From: Candidatus Latescibacterota bacterium
GTDB lineage: Bacteria > Latescibacterota > UBA2968 > UBA8231
Direction: 5' to 3'
Length of the DNA: 64,000 nucleotides
Assembly (NCBI GenBank): GCA_965243025.1
Contig: CBDETY010000003.1
Location: 3,104,001-3,168,000, forward strand
The first letter of the stretch is position 1; each line of letters begins with the position of its first letter. The position numbers were made by a program, and so were the translations under genes. Below are positions 29,549 to 37,942 of the stretch, piece by piece. The notes beneath the pieces are model-generated. The model ran no database searches and was not told the DNA's origin. It saw only the letters and a program-made list of their open reading frames with translations.

Positions 29549-30454
29549 AAAGTAATCGGAGGCAAAACGACTTATGTCCTCGAAAACTTCACGATCAAGA
29601 TCTACATGGGCTTCCGGTGCAAACGTCTTGACATATTCAATATTCCCCAAGTCCGCATCATACACGCCGATCGCGAACCCGATGGTCTGTCCTGCGCTCA
29701 GATCGCTTGCCACGGACCCCTCGGGACTGGTCAGGCCTTCCCTGTGGTCAAACGGCGTGACGTACAGCTCGATTGTCCAGATGACGGGCCTTTCTCCGGC
29801 TACGCTGCCGCCGGCCTCCGCGTAGGGGGGCAGGGTCATCCAGGAGAAGACCTTACTCCAGTGCCTGGATCTCCGATTATCCAGAATCGGTCCAACAGGA
29901 GTACGGGAAACGGCCTCATACTGCTGAGTCTCCCCACTGGCCTTCACGAGTCGTTCGGTTGTGAATACTCCTTCAAGCGCGGGACCGCCGCTGTGGTCTC
30001 CGTCGACTCCGAGAGCAATACCGTCGTTACCACCGTCCCAACCGGACAGCATATCGTCTTCTGAAGACTCACTCCAATTGTCCACGTCGTAGGTGTGGTC
30101 ATTCCAGTAATTGTCATCGGCGGCCGCGAAGGCTACATAGAGGCGAGCCGGCTCATCGTGCCAGGCCAGCCAGATGCGGAAGTCGATATCCGACGGATCG
30201 AGTGAGCCTTCCTGGCGTTGGAATGCGAAATCCAGCAGGGTCATGGCAGGTTCGCCGAGGAGATCGAACCACTCCTCCACCGAGCCGTCGTCGAGTTGAA
30301 TCTGTTCCAGCATCTCGTCGGTCAACTCGGGGACAGGGAAGACTCGACCGCCGACGTGGGCTTCTGCCCGGGCAGGCAGGCCGGCCCACAGGGCCGACCC
30401 GACGAGCAGGCCGAGGGCCAGGCTCCACTGATTCCGGATGCCGGAGATAAGCAT
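29444..30454 (-). CDS. Secreted CBM9/DOMON-like beta-sandwich protein, paralog B, with C-terminal SWGRIKA motif
   Basis: Tandem paralog of 28336-29307. ATG at 30454 after GAGGAG aligns with the paralog A start. Confidence 0.7.
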   Translation of the reverse strand: MLISGIRNQWSLALGLLVGSALWAGLPARAEAHVGGRVFPVPELTDEMLEQIQLDDGSVEEWFDLLGEPAMTLLDFAFQRQEGSLDPSDIDFRIWLAWHDEPARLYVAFAAADDNYWNDHTYDVDNWSESSEDDMLSGWDGGNDGIALGVDGDHSGGPALEGVFTTERLVKASGETQQYEAVSRTPVGPILDNRRSRHWSKVFSWMTLPPYAEAGGSVAGERPVIWTIELYVTPFDHREGLTSPEGSVASDLSAGQTIGFAIGVYDADLGNIEYVKTFAPEAHVDLDREVFEDISRFASDYFLDGLLLPANPAGPGENGAVESVSWGRIKASLEME

Positions 30455-30563
30455 CTGTTCTCCTCGGTTTGTTCTGTCCGAGATGGGCTCGGAAGGGGTT
30501 CCCCTTTCCCTGTCGGGTTCCTGAACGGTACGGGTGGCCATTCCTCCTCTTCAGGAATTATAA

Positions 30564-30604
30564 GGACGAGGGCCCACCCCCTGAGGGGACGGAACCCCTC
30601 GTCC
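30564..30604 (-). terminator. Stem-loop downstream of the Cys-rich peptide gene
   Basis: GGACGAGGG...CCCTCGTCC 9-bp outer stem with an inner CCCC/GGGG stem. The U tail is weak. A minus-strand TATAAT follows at 30557-30562. Confidence 0.45.
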
Positions 30605-30642
30605 GCGAATGCCGCGTCAGCGGGAAAGCCGCCGGAGGATGC

Positions 30643-30894
30643 TCAGTCAGAGCACTCGCATTTCCAAGTCCCTGGGTCGACGAGGTCAACCTGGTACTCG
30701 TCGTGCCCAAGACGGGAGCAGTTGTAGGCGCACTTTCCGTCCGCCTCGCTGCTCGTGAAAGCGTACACCGTGTGGCAGTGGTGCCAACTGGTGCTCGAGG
30801 AGGCTTCCACCCACGACACGCCTCCGGTGGTCAGCAGGGCGCCCGCAAGAACGGCGAGGACGGCCTTCATGCTCTGCTTCAACGGATGTCTCAT
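30643..30894 (-). CDS. Small secreted Cys-rich peptide, CS-alpha-beta/defensin-like
   Basis: 83 aa. Strong RBS AAAGGAGG 6 nt before ATG. Signal peptide ending VEA. Mature part C-x14-CAYNC-x19-CEC. Confidence 0.7.
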   Translation of the reverse strand: MRHPLKQSMKAVLAVLAGALLTTGGVSWVEASSSTSWHHCHTVYAFTSSEADGKCAYNCSRLGHDEYQVDLVDPGTWKCECSD

Positions 30895-31100
30895 TGCAGC
30901 CTCCTTTGGATTTCGGGGTAGCGCCTGTTCGCCACCCCGGTTCACCCAAATACCATGCAATAGGCGTGCCCGTACATGACCCGCTGAGCCCATAAATGCG
31001 TTGGTTGTTACGTAACCTGTTGTTTTACTGTTCTTTATATAACACTTCTTTTTCTTTTTCGGCGTGATCAGCTCGTCCTTGGCGCCACCGGTTTTTCCGT

Positions 31101-31140
31101 TCCGTCGTATTTAATACGATTCCGTCGTATTTAATACGAT
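31101..31140. repeat. Exact 20-bp tandem duplication, each unit containing the palindrome TCGTATT-T-AATACGA
   Basis: tccgtcgtatttaatacgat occurs twice in tandem. Confidence 0.95.
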
Positions 31141-32285
31141 TTCATCGATGGCCGCGTCAGGCGCCCGGACACGCCCGGTCTAATGTAGAACGCCGCGCTC
31201 CCGAAGAAGTTGAACAGGTACATGCCGTCGGCGCCGTTGCGCCAGTGGCGGGCCGCCACGGCGTTGATCATCTCCAGGTCCAGCGGCAGGATGGCCGGCG
31301 GATGGTAGTGGTTCCGCGTCACGCCCCCGGTGTGGCCGGCCCGGTACCCGGCCTCTATGGTCGGGACGATCTGCACCCCGGTTCCCCGGGCCAGCTCCAC
31401 CCACTCGCTGATGTCCTCCTCGAGGTCGGCGGCGTACAGCGTCGCGGGTATCAGGATGTCGACCAGCCCCTCGCCCACCCATGTGCGCACGTCCAGCCCC
31501 AGGCGTTCGGCGCCGTCGACGGTGTTGGGGACGCGGGCGGCGAAACCGATCGCCCTGCCCTTCGCCCCGGCCATCCCGTCGATGGCGCGGCGGGACTCGC
31601 GCATGAAGCCGGTCATGATCGGCCAGCCCGCCTTCTCCTCTCCGTGCCGGAAGTAGCCGGGACAGCGCATGAAATCGTACTGGAACCCGTCGAGGTCGTA
31701 GCGGCTGCAGGCCTCCTTCATCACCTCCAGCCTGAACCGCCTCACCTCGTCGTGCCGGTAGTCCTGGAACCATCTCATGGCGACCCTCAGGGCTTCGGGA
31801 AGCCCCGCAGTCCCCTCCTCCCCGATCAACAGGTCTCGCCTCTGTTCGTGGAAGCGGCTGCTGAGGATGTTGCGCTCCCCGTCGAGGACCTCGAGGTGAT
31901 GCCAGTCGTTCATGTGTAGATGCGCCCAGTAGTCGATCCCGAGCCTGCGCGCCTCGTCAATGCGGATCCGGATCGGATCGCATCCCGCCTCCCAGATACG
32001 GCGCACGTTCTCCGCGTACTGCCAGTCCTTGACCGTTCCCACCGGGACATCCGACTCGATCCGGTCGACGATGAACTCCATGCCCTCGACCTGGGTCGGG
32101 TATATCACCTGGTACCCCGAGGCCCATCCCAGGCCCGACACGAAGGCGTCGACCGGGGTACCCTCGAGGAAGCCGAGAAACGCCTGTGCGTACTTCTCCG
32201 GCGTCATCGGGGGATGGTAGCTGGCTTCCTCGCCCCCGTTCTGGTTCCACATGATCCGGTACTTCCTGCTGAATCGTTCGGCCAC
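31131..32285 (-). CDS. GHL10-like TIM-barrel protein, probably C-terminally truncated
   Basis: HMNDWHH, DGFQYDFMR and GMYLFNF motifs. GTG at 32285 after GGAGG. It ends about 23 aa after YLFN, whereas paralog 14771-16378 continues about 200 aa. Confidence 0.65.
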   Translation of the reverse strand: MAERFSRKYRIMWNQNGGEEASYHPPMTPEKYAQAFLGFLEGTPVDAFVSGLGWASGYQVIYPTQVEGMEFIVDRIESDVPVGTVKDWQYAENVRRIWEAGCDPIRIRIDEARRLGIDYWAHLHMNDWHHLEVLDGERNILSSRFHEQRRDLLIGEEGTAGLPEALRVAMRWFQDYRHDEVRRFRLEVMKEACSRYDLDGFQYDFMRCPGYFRHGEEKAGWPIMTGFMRESRRAIDGMAGAKGRAIGFAARVPNTVDGAERLGLDVRTWVGEGLVDILIPATLYAADLEEDISEWVELARGTGVQIVPTIEAGYRAGHTGGVTRNHYHPPAILPLDLEMINAVAARHWRNGADGMYLFNFFGSAAFYIRPGVSGRLTRPSMKSY

Positions 32286-32713
32286 TTTTGCCTCCGGGAA
32301 CAGGGGTTCCGCACCAGATGCTCCACACCGCGCGGCCCATCGAACCGGTGCCGGCGCGTGAATCTGCCGGCCGCCAGTATCGGACAGCGGGAGGGGAGAG
32401 TCGAGAGCGCGCGGTTTATACCTCATAACCCTCACTCAAGACTCAAGGGGCGTTGCCCATGCTGCGGACATCAGTACTTTTTTTCTCATGGCTGTGATGA
32501 TCGGCTGTTCGGATCAGCCTGCGGACCCTGCGGATACGGAATACGACCTCGACGTACCCCGCCGAGGGCAAGCACGTATCCGGGCCTCTTGAAAGGCCCC
32601 AAAATTTACACTTGGACCAAGCTGCAGGATGGTGACTACGATTGGGCTATGACGACGAGGATACCCTCGATGACCTGGTACCGTAGACGAGCTGGATGAA
32701 TTGCAGGTACGCC

Positions 32714-33271
32714 ATGAACGGCCGCATTGCCTTTATCGCAGTTCTGGTCATGTCGGTAGCGGCCCAGGGTGCCCTTCCTGAGCAGTCTCGCTGGGCCCTG
32801 GGGGTCAGCCTCAGAGATGCTGATGCCTCTTCCATCTGGAGGATAGGCCCGCGAGTCACCTATGGGCTCACGCTGGGCAACAACGTCTTCACCCATGTGG
32901 CTGATTGGAGCACATGGACTCTGGACATTGACGCTCGGCTCACGGTGAAAACCTTTCACCACCGGACAAAAGAGACATCGTGGTTCACTTTCCTGGAACC
33001 CGGACTCGTTCTATACGAAGTGGATTACCCCTATGGCGGGTATAGACTCAAAGAGGTCGAGAACGAGAGTGGGGCAATATCATCTCGTGACAGGGTTGCC
33101 ACGAGTCTCGCCGCTGGAACTGGCATCGCCTGGGCGCCTCACAAGCACCTTGGATGCTTTATCCGGTGGGGAATCTTCGTTCAATACCGCGAGAACTGGG
33201 AGCGCGGTTTACCAAACCAGTCCTGGGTCGAGTTGGACAAGATCCGGCTCACCGGCTTCTGGATGCTTTAG
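32714..33271 (+). CDS. Putative small outer-membrane beta-barrel protein
   Basis: Signal peptide MNGRIAFIAVLVMSVAAQG. Alternating aromatic beta-strands, ending IRLTGFWML. AT-richer DNA. Confidence 0.55.
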   Translation: MNGRIAFIAVLVMSVAAQGALPEQSRWALGVSLRDADASSIWRIGPRVTYGLTLGNNVFTHVADWSTWTLDIDARLTVKTFHHRTKETSWFTFLEPGLVLYEVDYPYGGYRLKEVENESGAISSRDRVATSLAAGTGIAWAPHKHLGCFIRWGIFVQYRENWERGLPNQSWVELDKIRLTGFWML

Positions 33272-33642
33272 CAGAGGCACCAGGGAATGGTGGTCATACT
33301 ACAGCTACTGCCGCTGGCCGCCGACGTGTCTGCCCTGACCTTTCACGTCGGCTGCAATCGCTCCGGGTGCCCCGTGAGTTTCCCTTGGAAGTAGTGCCCA
33401 TCAGCCACCGAGGTCTCGCCCACCGCATTCCCCCACCCCTTTCCCGTGGCTCGGGATCCTCGGTACCAACCTGACATGCTTCCCTCGTAATTCCCTTTGG
33501 TTACACCGTCGCCAGGGGACGACCATGCCCGCAACCGCCGGCAGTCAGGTCCCTGCTATGGAGCTTTCCGGCTGGTGAGCCGTATTTCCTGCCCGACTAC
33601 GGACACTGATTCGACTGTGACTCCCGAAAGGAAGGAAACAGC

Positions 33643-34932
33643 ATGAATGACAACTGGCTCACCGGGATATACCTGACCACGGAGGAGGTCCTCGAATACC
33701 CCGATTACGTCGAGCGGCTGCGCGACGAGATCGGGCTGAACACGGTGGTTCTCTCGTTTACCGGCCAGCTGCCCGGGGAGGTGCTCGCCCTCAGCCCCTA
33801 CGGGGGGCGCACCCCGACAGATGAAGAGCTGGGCAGGCTCGTTTTACGGCATTTCGACGGCCGCCCCGTAGACCCGAGGGAATACCCGAAAGCCCGGGAC
33901 CTGTGCGGCCCCGGTGTTTCTGCCGAGGGGGACGACGAAACATTCAGGAGGGCCCTGGGACAGCTGAAGGAGGCGGGCCTGACGGTATGGACGTACGGAG
34001 GGGCCTGGACGATCCGCCGCCTCATGTTCTGTCCGTCGCGGCAGGATGTGCAGGACTGGATCGAGGCAGTCTGCGTGCACTGGGTGACCAGGTACGATCT
34101 CGACGCCCTCGACATCACCCACTTCCGCTACCCGATGGGCAGCTTTCCCCTGGGGCTTTTCGGCTGCACCTGTTCTTCCTGCACCGCGGCCGCCGAGGAG
34201 CTCGGTTACGACATGGGGGCGATGGTCGAGGACCTGAAGCGCGCCCGGGAGGGCCTGCGCCGGCTCGACGGCGCCCGCCTCGGCGAAGTGGTCCGTCTCG
34301 GGGTCGGTTTCTTCGACGTCGTCCACGCCCTCGGCCTGGGTTCGGGGGTGCTCGACTGGGTCCGCTTCCGCTGCGACCTCGTCGTCCGCAACCTTGCCCG
34401 CTTTCGCGCCGCGGTGCACGCGGCCGCCCCCGGCAAGGCGTTCGGCACCGACACCTACCCCGCCTCCATGGCGCTGACCGCGGGCCACGATTACCGGCGC
34501 TGGGGAGAGATGGCAGATTTCGCCAGCCCGCTGGTGTCCCACATCTCCGCCTTCGTCTGCAACACCTTCATCGAGTGGGCCCGCTTTCTGCAGGGGGAGG
34601 TCCCCGGCCTGCGGGAAGAGGATGCCCTGCAACTCGTCTATCGATTCACGGGGTACGACGGCATGGGGTTGCCGGAGACCATCGCCGCATACGGCGCCGA
34701 CGAGCCGGCGACGCTGGCCTACCGGGTCCCCACGGACGACCTGGTGCTGCGGGACCTGGTGAAGGCGAAGCTGTTCCTGCCGGCTGACATGCCCTCCTAT
34801 CCGATCATCCACGGAGAGGGTTGGCCGCCCGAGGCGATCGACCGCATCGTCAGCGAAGCGCGCCGGCTGGGGCACAACGGCATCGTCTGGCAGGGCACCG
34901 ACGAACTGATGGAGTACGACTTCAAACGCTGA
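33643..34932 (+). CDS. Hypothetical GH-like TIM-barrel protein
   Basis: 429 aa. RBS GGAAGGA. FCPS...YDLDALDITHFRY...CTCSSC and WVRFRCD patterns resemble GH-like barrels. Confidence 0.55.
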   Translation: MNDNWLTGIYLTTEEVLEYPDYVERLRDEIGLNTVVLSFTGQLPGEVLALSPYGGRTPTDEELGRLVLRHFDGRPVDPREYPKARDLCGPGVSAEGDDETFRRALGQLKEAGLTVWTYGGAWTIRRLMFCPSRQDVQDWIEAVCVHWVTRYDLDALDITHFRYPMGSFPLGLFGCTCSSCTAAAEELGYDMGAMVEDLKRAREGLRRLDGARLGEVVRLGVGFFDVVHALGLGSGVLDWVRFRCDLVVRNLARFRAAVHAAAPGKAFGTDTYPASMALTAGHDYRRWGEMADFASPLVSHISAFVCNTFIEWARFLQGEVPGLREEDALQLVYRFTGYDGMGLPETIAAYGADEPATLAYRVPTDDLVLRDLVKAKLFLPADMPSYPIIHGEGWPPEAIDRIVSEARRLGHNGIVWQGTDELMEYDFKR

Positions 34933-35011
34933 GAAGGTGCGGCCGTGCGCCGCCCGGGCACCGGCGGCGTTGGCAACTGCGGCCTGTTGTGAACTCAGCC
35001 CCCGGACAGGC

Positions 35012-36106
35012 TCATTCCCCTCTTGCTTCGCCGCTGTCGATACGCTCCCCGGTATCGGCGTCGAAGAGGTGAAGGCGGCCGGGACGGGGACTCAGCGAGA
35101 CCCGGCTTCCGGACACCGCCCATGCGCCGCGGTCCGTGCGGGCAATCAGGTCGGTTCCTGAGACGCGTACGGTGAGGAACACGTCCGGGCCGCTCGGCTC
35201 CCTGAGGATGACGGTTCCGTCCCATGCGTGCCCGCGGCCCTGCTCCCCGACGAGCAGGTCTTCCGGGCGGACTCCAAGGACCACCTTCCGGACCGAGGCC
35301 GCGGGAGCCCCCTCGAGCCGCCACCGGCCGGACGGCCCCTCGAAGCAGGCGGCTCCGTCCTCGAAAACGAGACGCCCCCGCAACAGGTTCATGGCCGGGC
35401 TGCCGACGAACGCGGCGACGAAGACGTTGGCCGGCCGCTCGTAGATTTCGTCCGGGGAGCCGAGCTGCTGGAGCCGTCCGCGGTCCATGACGGCAACCAG
35501 GTCCGAAAGGGCGAGGGCCTCCGCCTGGTCGTGGGTGACGTAGACGAAGGTGCGCCCCAGTTCCTGGTGCAGGCGCTTCAGCTCCCCCCGCATGGAAACC
35601 CGCAGGGCCACGTCGAGGTTGCTCAGCGGCTCGTCCATCAGGAACACGGCCGGCTCGCGGACGATGGAGCGGCCCAGCGCCACCCGCTGGCGCTGTCCCC
35701 CGGAAAGCTGCCACGGCCGGCGGTCGAGCAGCTCGGTGATTCCCAGAGTCTCCGCGGCCTCCCGCACCCGGCGCTCTGTCTCGGCCGGGTCCACCTTCAT
35801 CATGCGCAGCGCGAAACCCATGTTCCCGGCGACGCTCATGTGCGGGTAGAGGGCGTAGCTCTGGAAGACCATGGCGATGTCGCGGCGGTTGGCCGCAAGG
35901 CGGGTGACGTCTTCCCCGTCGAAGGCGATGCTGCCGTCGCTGACCGGTTCGAGCCCGGCGATCAGCCGCAGGCTGGTGGTCTTGCCGCAGCCGGACGGCC
36001 CCAGCAGGGTGACGAAGGCGCGGTCGGGAATCCGCAGGGTGAGACCGTCGACCGCAACCACCGGTCCGAACCGTTTCGTGACGTTTCTCAGGGCGACTTC
36101 GGCCAT
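35012..36106 (-). CDS. Carbohydrate ABC transporter ATP-binding protein (MalK/UgpC type)
   Basis: GPSGCGKT, VFQSYALYPHM, LSGGQRQR, MDEPLSNLD and THDQ motifs. Confidence 0.95.
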   Translation of the reverse strand: MAEVALRNVTKRFGPVVAVDGLTLRIPDRAFVTLLGPSGCGKTTSLRLIAGLEPVSDGSIAFDGEDVTRLAANRRDIAMVFQSYALYPHMSVAGNMGFALRMMKVDPAETERRVREAAETLGITELLDRRPWQLSGGQRQRVALGRSIVREPAVFLMDEPLSNLDVALRVSMRGELKRLHQELGRTFVYVTHDQAEALALSDLVAVMDRGRLQQLGSPDEIYERPANVFVAAFVGSPAMNLLRGRLVFEDGAACFEGPSGRWRLEGAPAASVRKVVLGVRPEDLLVGEQGRGHAWDGTVILREPSGPDVFLTVRVSGTDLIARTDRGAWAVSGSRVSLSPRPGRLHLFDADTGERIDSGEARGE

Positions 36107-36977
36107 CAGCCCTTCACCGAGCCGGCCAGCAGGCCGGAGACGATCATGCGCTGGAACAGGAAAGCGAGCACCAGGGGGGAACGATGGCGAGCACTCCGGC
36201 GGTCGTCATCAGCGTGTAGCGGATATCGACGTCGGTCGCCAGCTCCGCCACGACCACCGGGATGGTCTTGGCGCTTTCGGTGGAGGAGAAGACCAGCGCG
36301 AACAGGAACTCCCCCCACGACGACATGAACGCGAACAGCCCGGCGCCGACCAGCCCCGGGCGCGCCACCGGAACCAGCACCCGCCAGAGCAGATCCCGGA
36401 AGGTGCAGCGGTCGACGACGGCGGCGTCCTCCAGCTCGCGCGGGATCGTCTGGAAGTAGCTCCTCAGGATCCAGATGGTGAACGGCAGGGTGAAGCCGGT
36501 GTGGGCGACGATGATGGCCAGCGGGTTGTCGATCAGTCCCAGCGCCTTGATGATCAGGAACATCGGCACGACCAGGGCCACCCCCGGAACCATGCGGGAA
36601 GCGAGGTAGAAGATCAGCAGGCGCCGCACGCCCCGGAACTCCAGCCGCGCCAGGCTGTATGCGGCAAGCGTCCCGACGGTGAGGTTGAGGACCACCACGC
36701 TCGCCCCGACGAGAACGCTGTTTAGGATGGCGCGCGGCATCTGCCCCGCGGCTCCGCCGGCGCCGAGCGCCAGGAAACCGGTCGGTGACAGCAGCGCCCG
36801 GTAATTGTCCAGGTTGGGCTCCCGCGGTATCCAGTGGGGCGGGGCGGCCATGGACTCGGCCTCGGTCATGATGCTGGTCAGCAGCAGCCAGAGGGCGGGC
36901 GCTGTCAGCCACGCGCAGGTGACGATGCTCGCCAGCGCCAGCAGGGCCCTCGTCCATGGCGGGTGGGGCCAGCTCAC
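36106..36977 (-). pseudogene. Carbohydrate ABC permease (MalG type) with a 1-nt frameshift near the 3' end (real, or an assembly error)
   Basis: EDAAVVD EAA loop in one frame; the conserved tail LVLAFLFQRMIVSGLLAGSVKG is in another frame. The switch is at the G6 run, 36174-36179. Confidence 0.8.
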
Positions 36978-37942
36978 GTCCGGATCTCGCCGCGGGCGTA
37001 AAGACTCTTCAGGTACAGGGCCGCGAGCAGCATGGTCGTCACGGCGATAACCACCGCGTAGGCGTTGGCTTCGCCGAAGTCGAGGAAATGGAACGCGGTC
37101 TGGTAGGTCAGCCAGGCGATCACCGTGGTGCTGCTTCCCGGACCGCCGCCGGTGAGCACGAAGATCAGCTCGAACACCCGCAAGGCGATCATGGTCTGCA
37201 GGATGAGGACGATGATCAGGGGATGGATGAGCCAGGGCATGACGATGTGGCGGAAACGCCGCCAGGGTCCGGCGCGGTCGACCATGGCGGCGCTCAGGAG
37301 GTCGCCGGGGATGGTCTGCAAGCCCGCCAGGAAGATGAGCACCGCCAGCGGCAGCTGGTTCCAGACGTGGGCGAGGACGGTGAGCAGCAGGGCCGTCGTC
37401 GGCTCGCTCAGCCACGAACGGTAGTCGTCGATTATCCCGAGAGAGACCAGAAGCCCGTTCAGGGCGCCGGCGCGGCTGTTGTAGATCCACTGCCACATGA
37501 GCCCGTTGACCACGGGGGGGATGGCCCAGGGAACGAGGATCAGGGTTCGCAGGATTGCCTGGCCGCGGATCGGCTGGTTGGCGAGCACGGCGATGGCGAT
37601 GCCGAGGAGGACGATCAGGCTTACCGAAAGGAGCACGAAGACCAGGGTGACCTGCAGGGCGGTCCAGAACTCGGGCTTGCCGGCGATGGTGGCGTAGTTC
37701 TCCACGCCGGCGAACCCGCGCATGTTCGGGCGCATGAGGTTGTGGCGCTGGAAGCTGGTCCACACCGCCTGGATTATCGGGTAAGCCTCGAGCAGCAGCA
37801 GCAGGAGCAGGGCGGGGCTGTTCAGCAGGTACCCGAAGAAGGCGCTCTCGCGCCACCAGGCGCCGGCGCGCAGCCAGCCGGGGATGAAGCGCCATCCCCC
37901 GGGTTGCCGGCCTTCGCGAACTTCGGGCGGGTTGGCTGTCAC
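36974..37942 (-). CDS. Carbohydrate ABC permease (MalF type)
   Basis: LAGLQTIP.DL.SAAMVD and LTGGGPG motifs. GTG start overlaps the binding-protein stop. Confidence 0.92.
   Translation of the reverse strand: MTANPPEVREGRQPGGWRFIPGWLRAGAWWRESAFFGYLLNSPALLLLLLLEAYPIIQAVWTSFQRHNLMRPNMRGFAGVENYATIAGKPEFWTALQVTLVFVLLSVSLIVLLGIAIAVLANQPIRGQAILRTLILVPWAIPPVVNGLMWQWIYNSRAGALNGLLVSLGIIDDYRSWLSEPTTALLLTVLAHVWNQLPLAVLIFLAGLQTIPGDLLSAAMVDRAGPWRRFRHIVMPWLIHPLIIVLILQTMIALRVFELIFVLTGGGPGSSTTVIAWLTYQTAFHFLDFGEANAYAVVIAVTTMLLAALYLKSLYARGEIRT

Noticed and set aside
28336-30454. Classical diversity-generating retroelement (TR/VR pair)
   Set aside because: No reverse transcriptase in the window, both copies are full genes, and the differences include large indels rather than adenine-only substitutions.
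30455-30541. Longer start for paralog B (ATG at 30541)
   Set aside because: The AGGAGG is only 1 nt from that ATG, and the extension would bury the signal peptide. ATG at 30454 aligns with paralog A.
31101-31140. Possible mini-CRISPR array
   Set aside because: The two units are directly adjacent with no spacer, and no cas genes are present.
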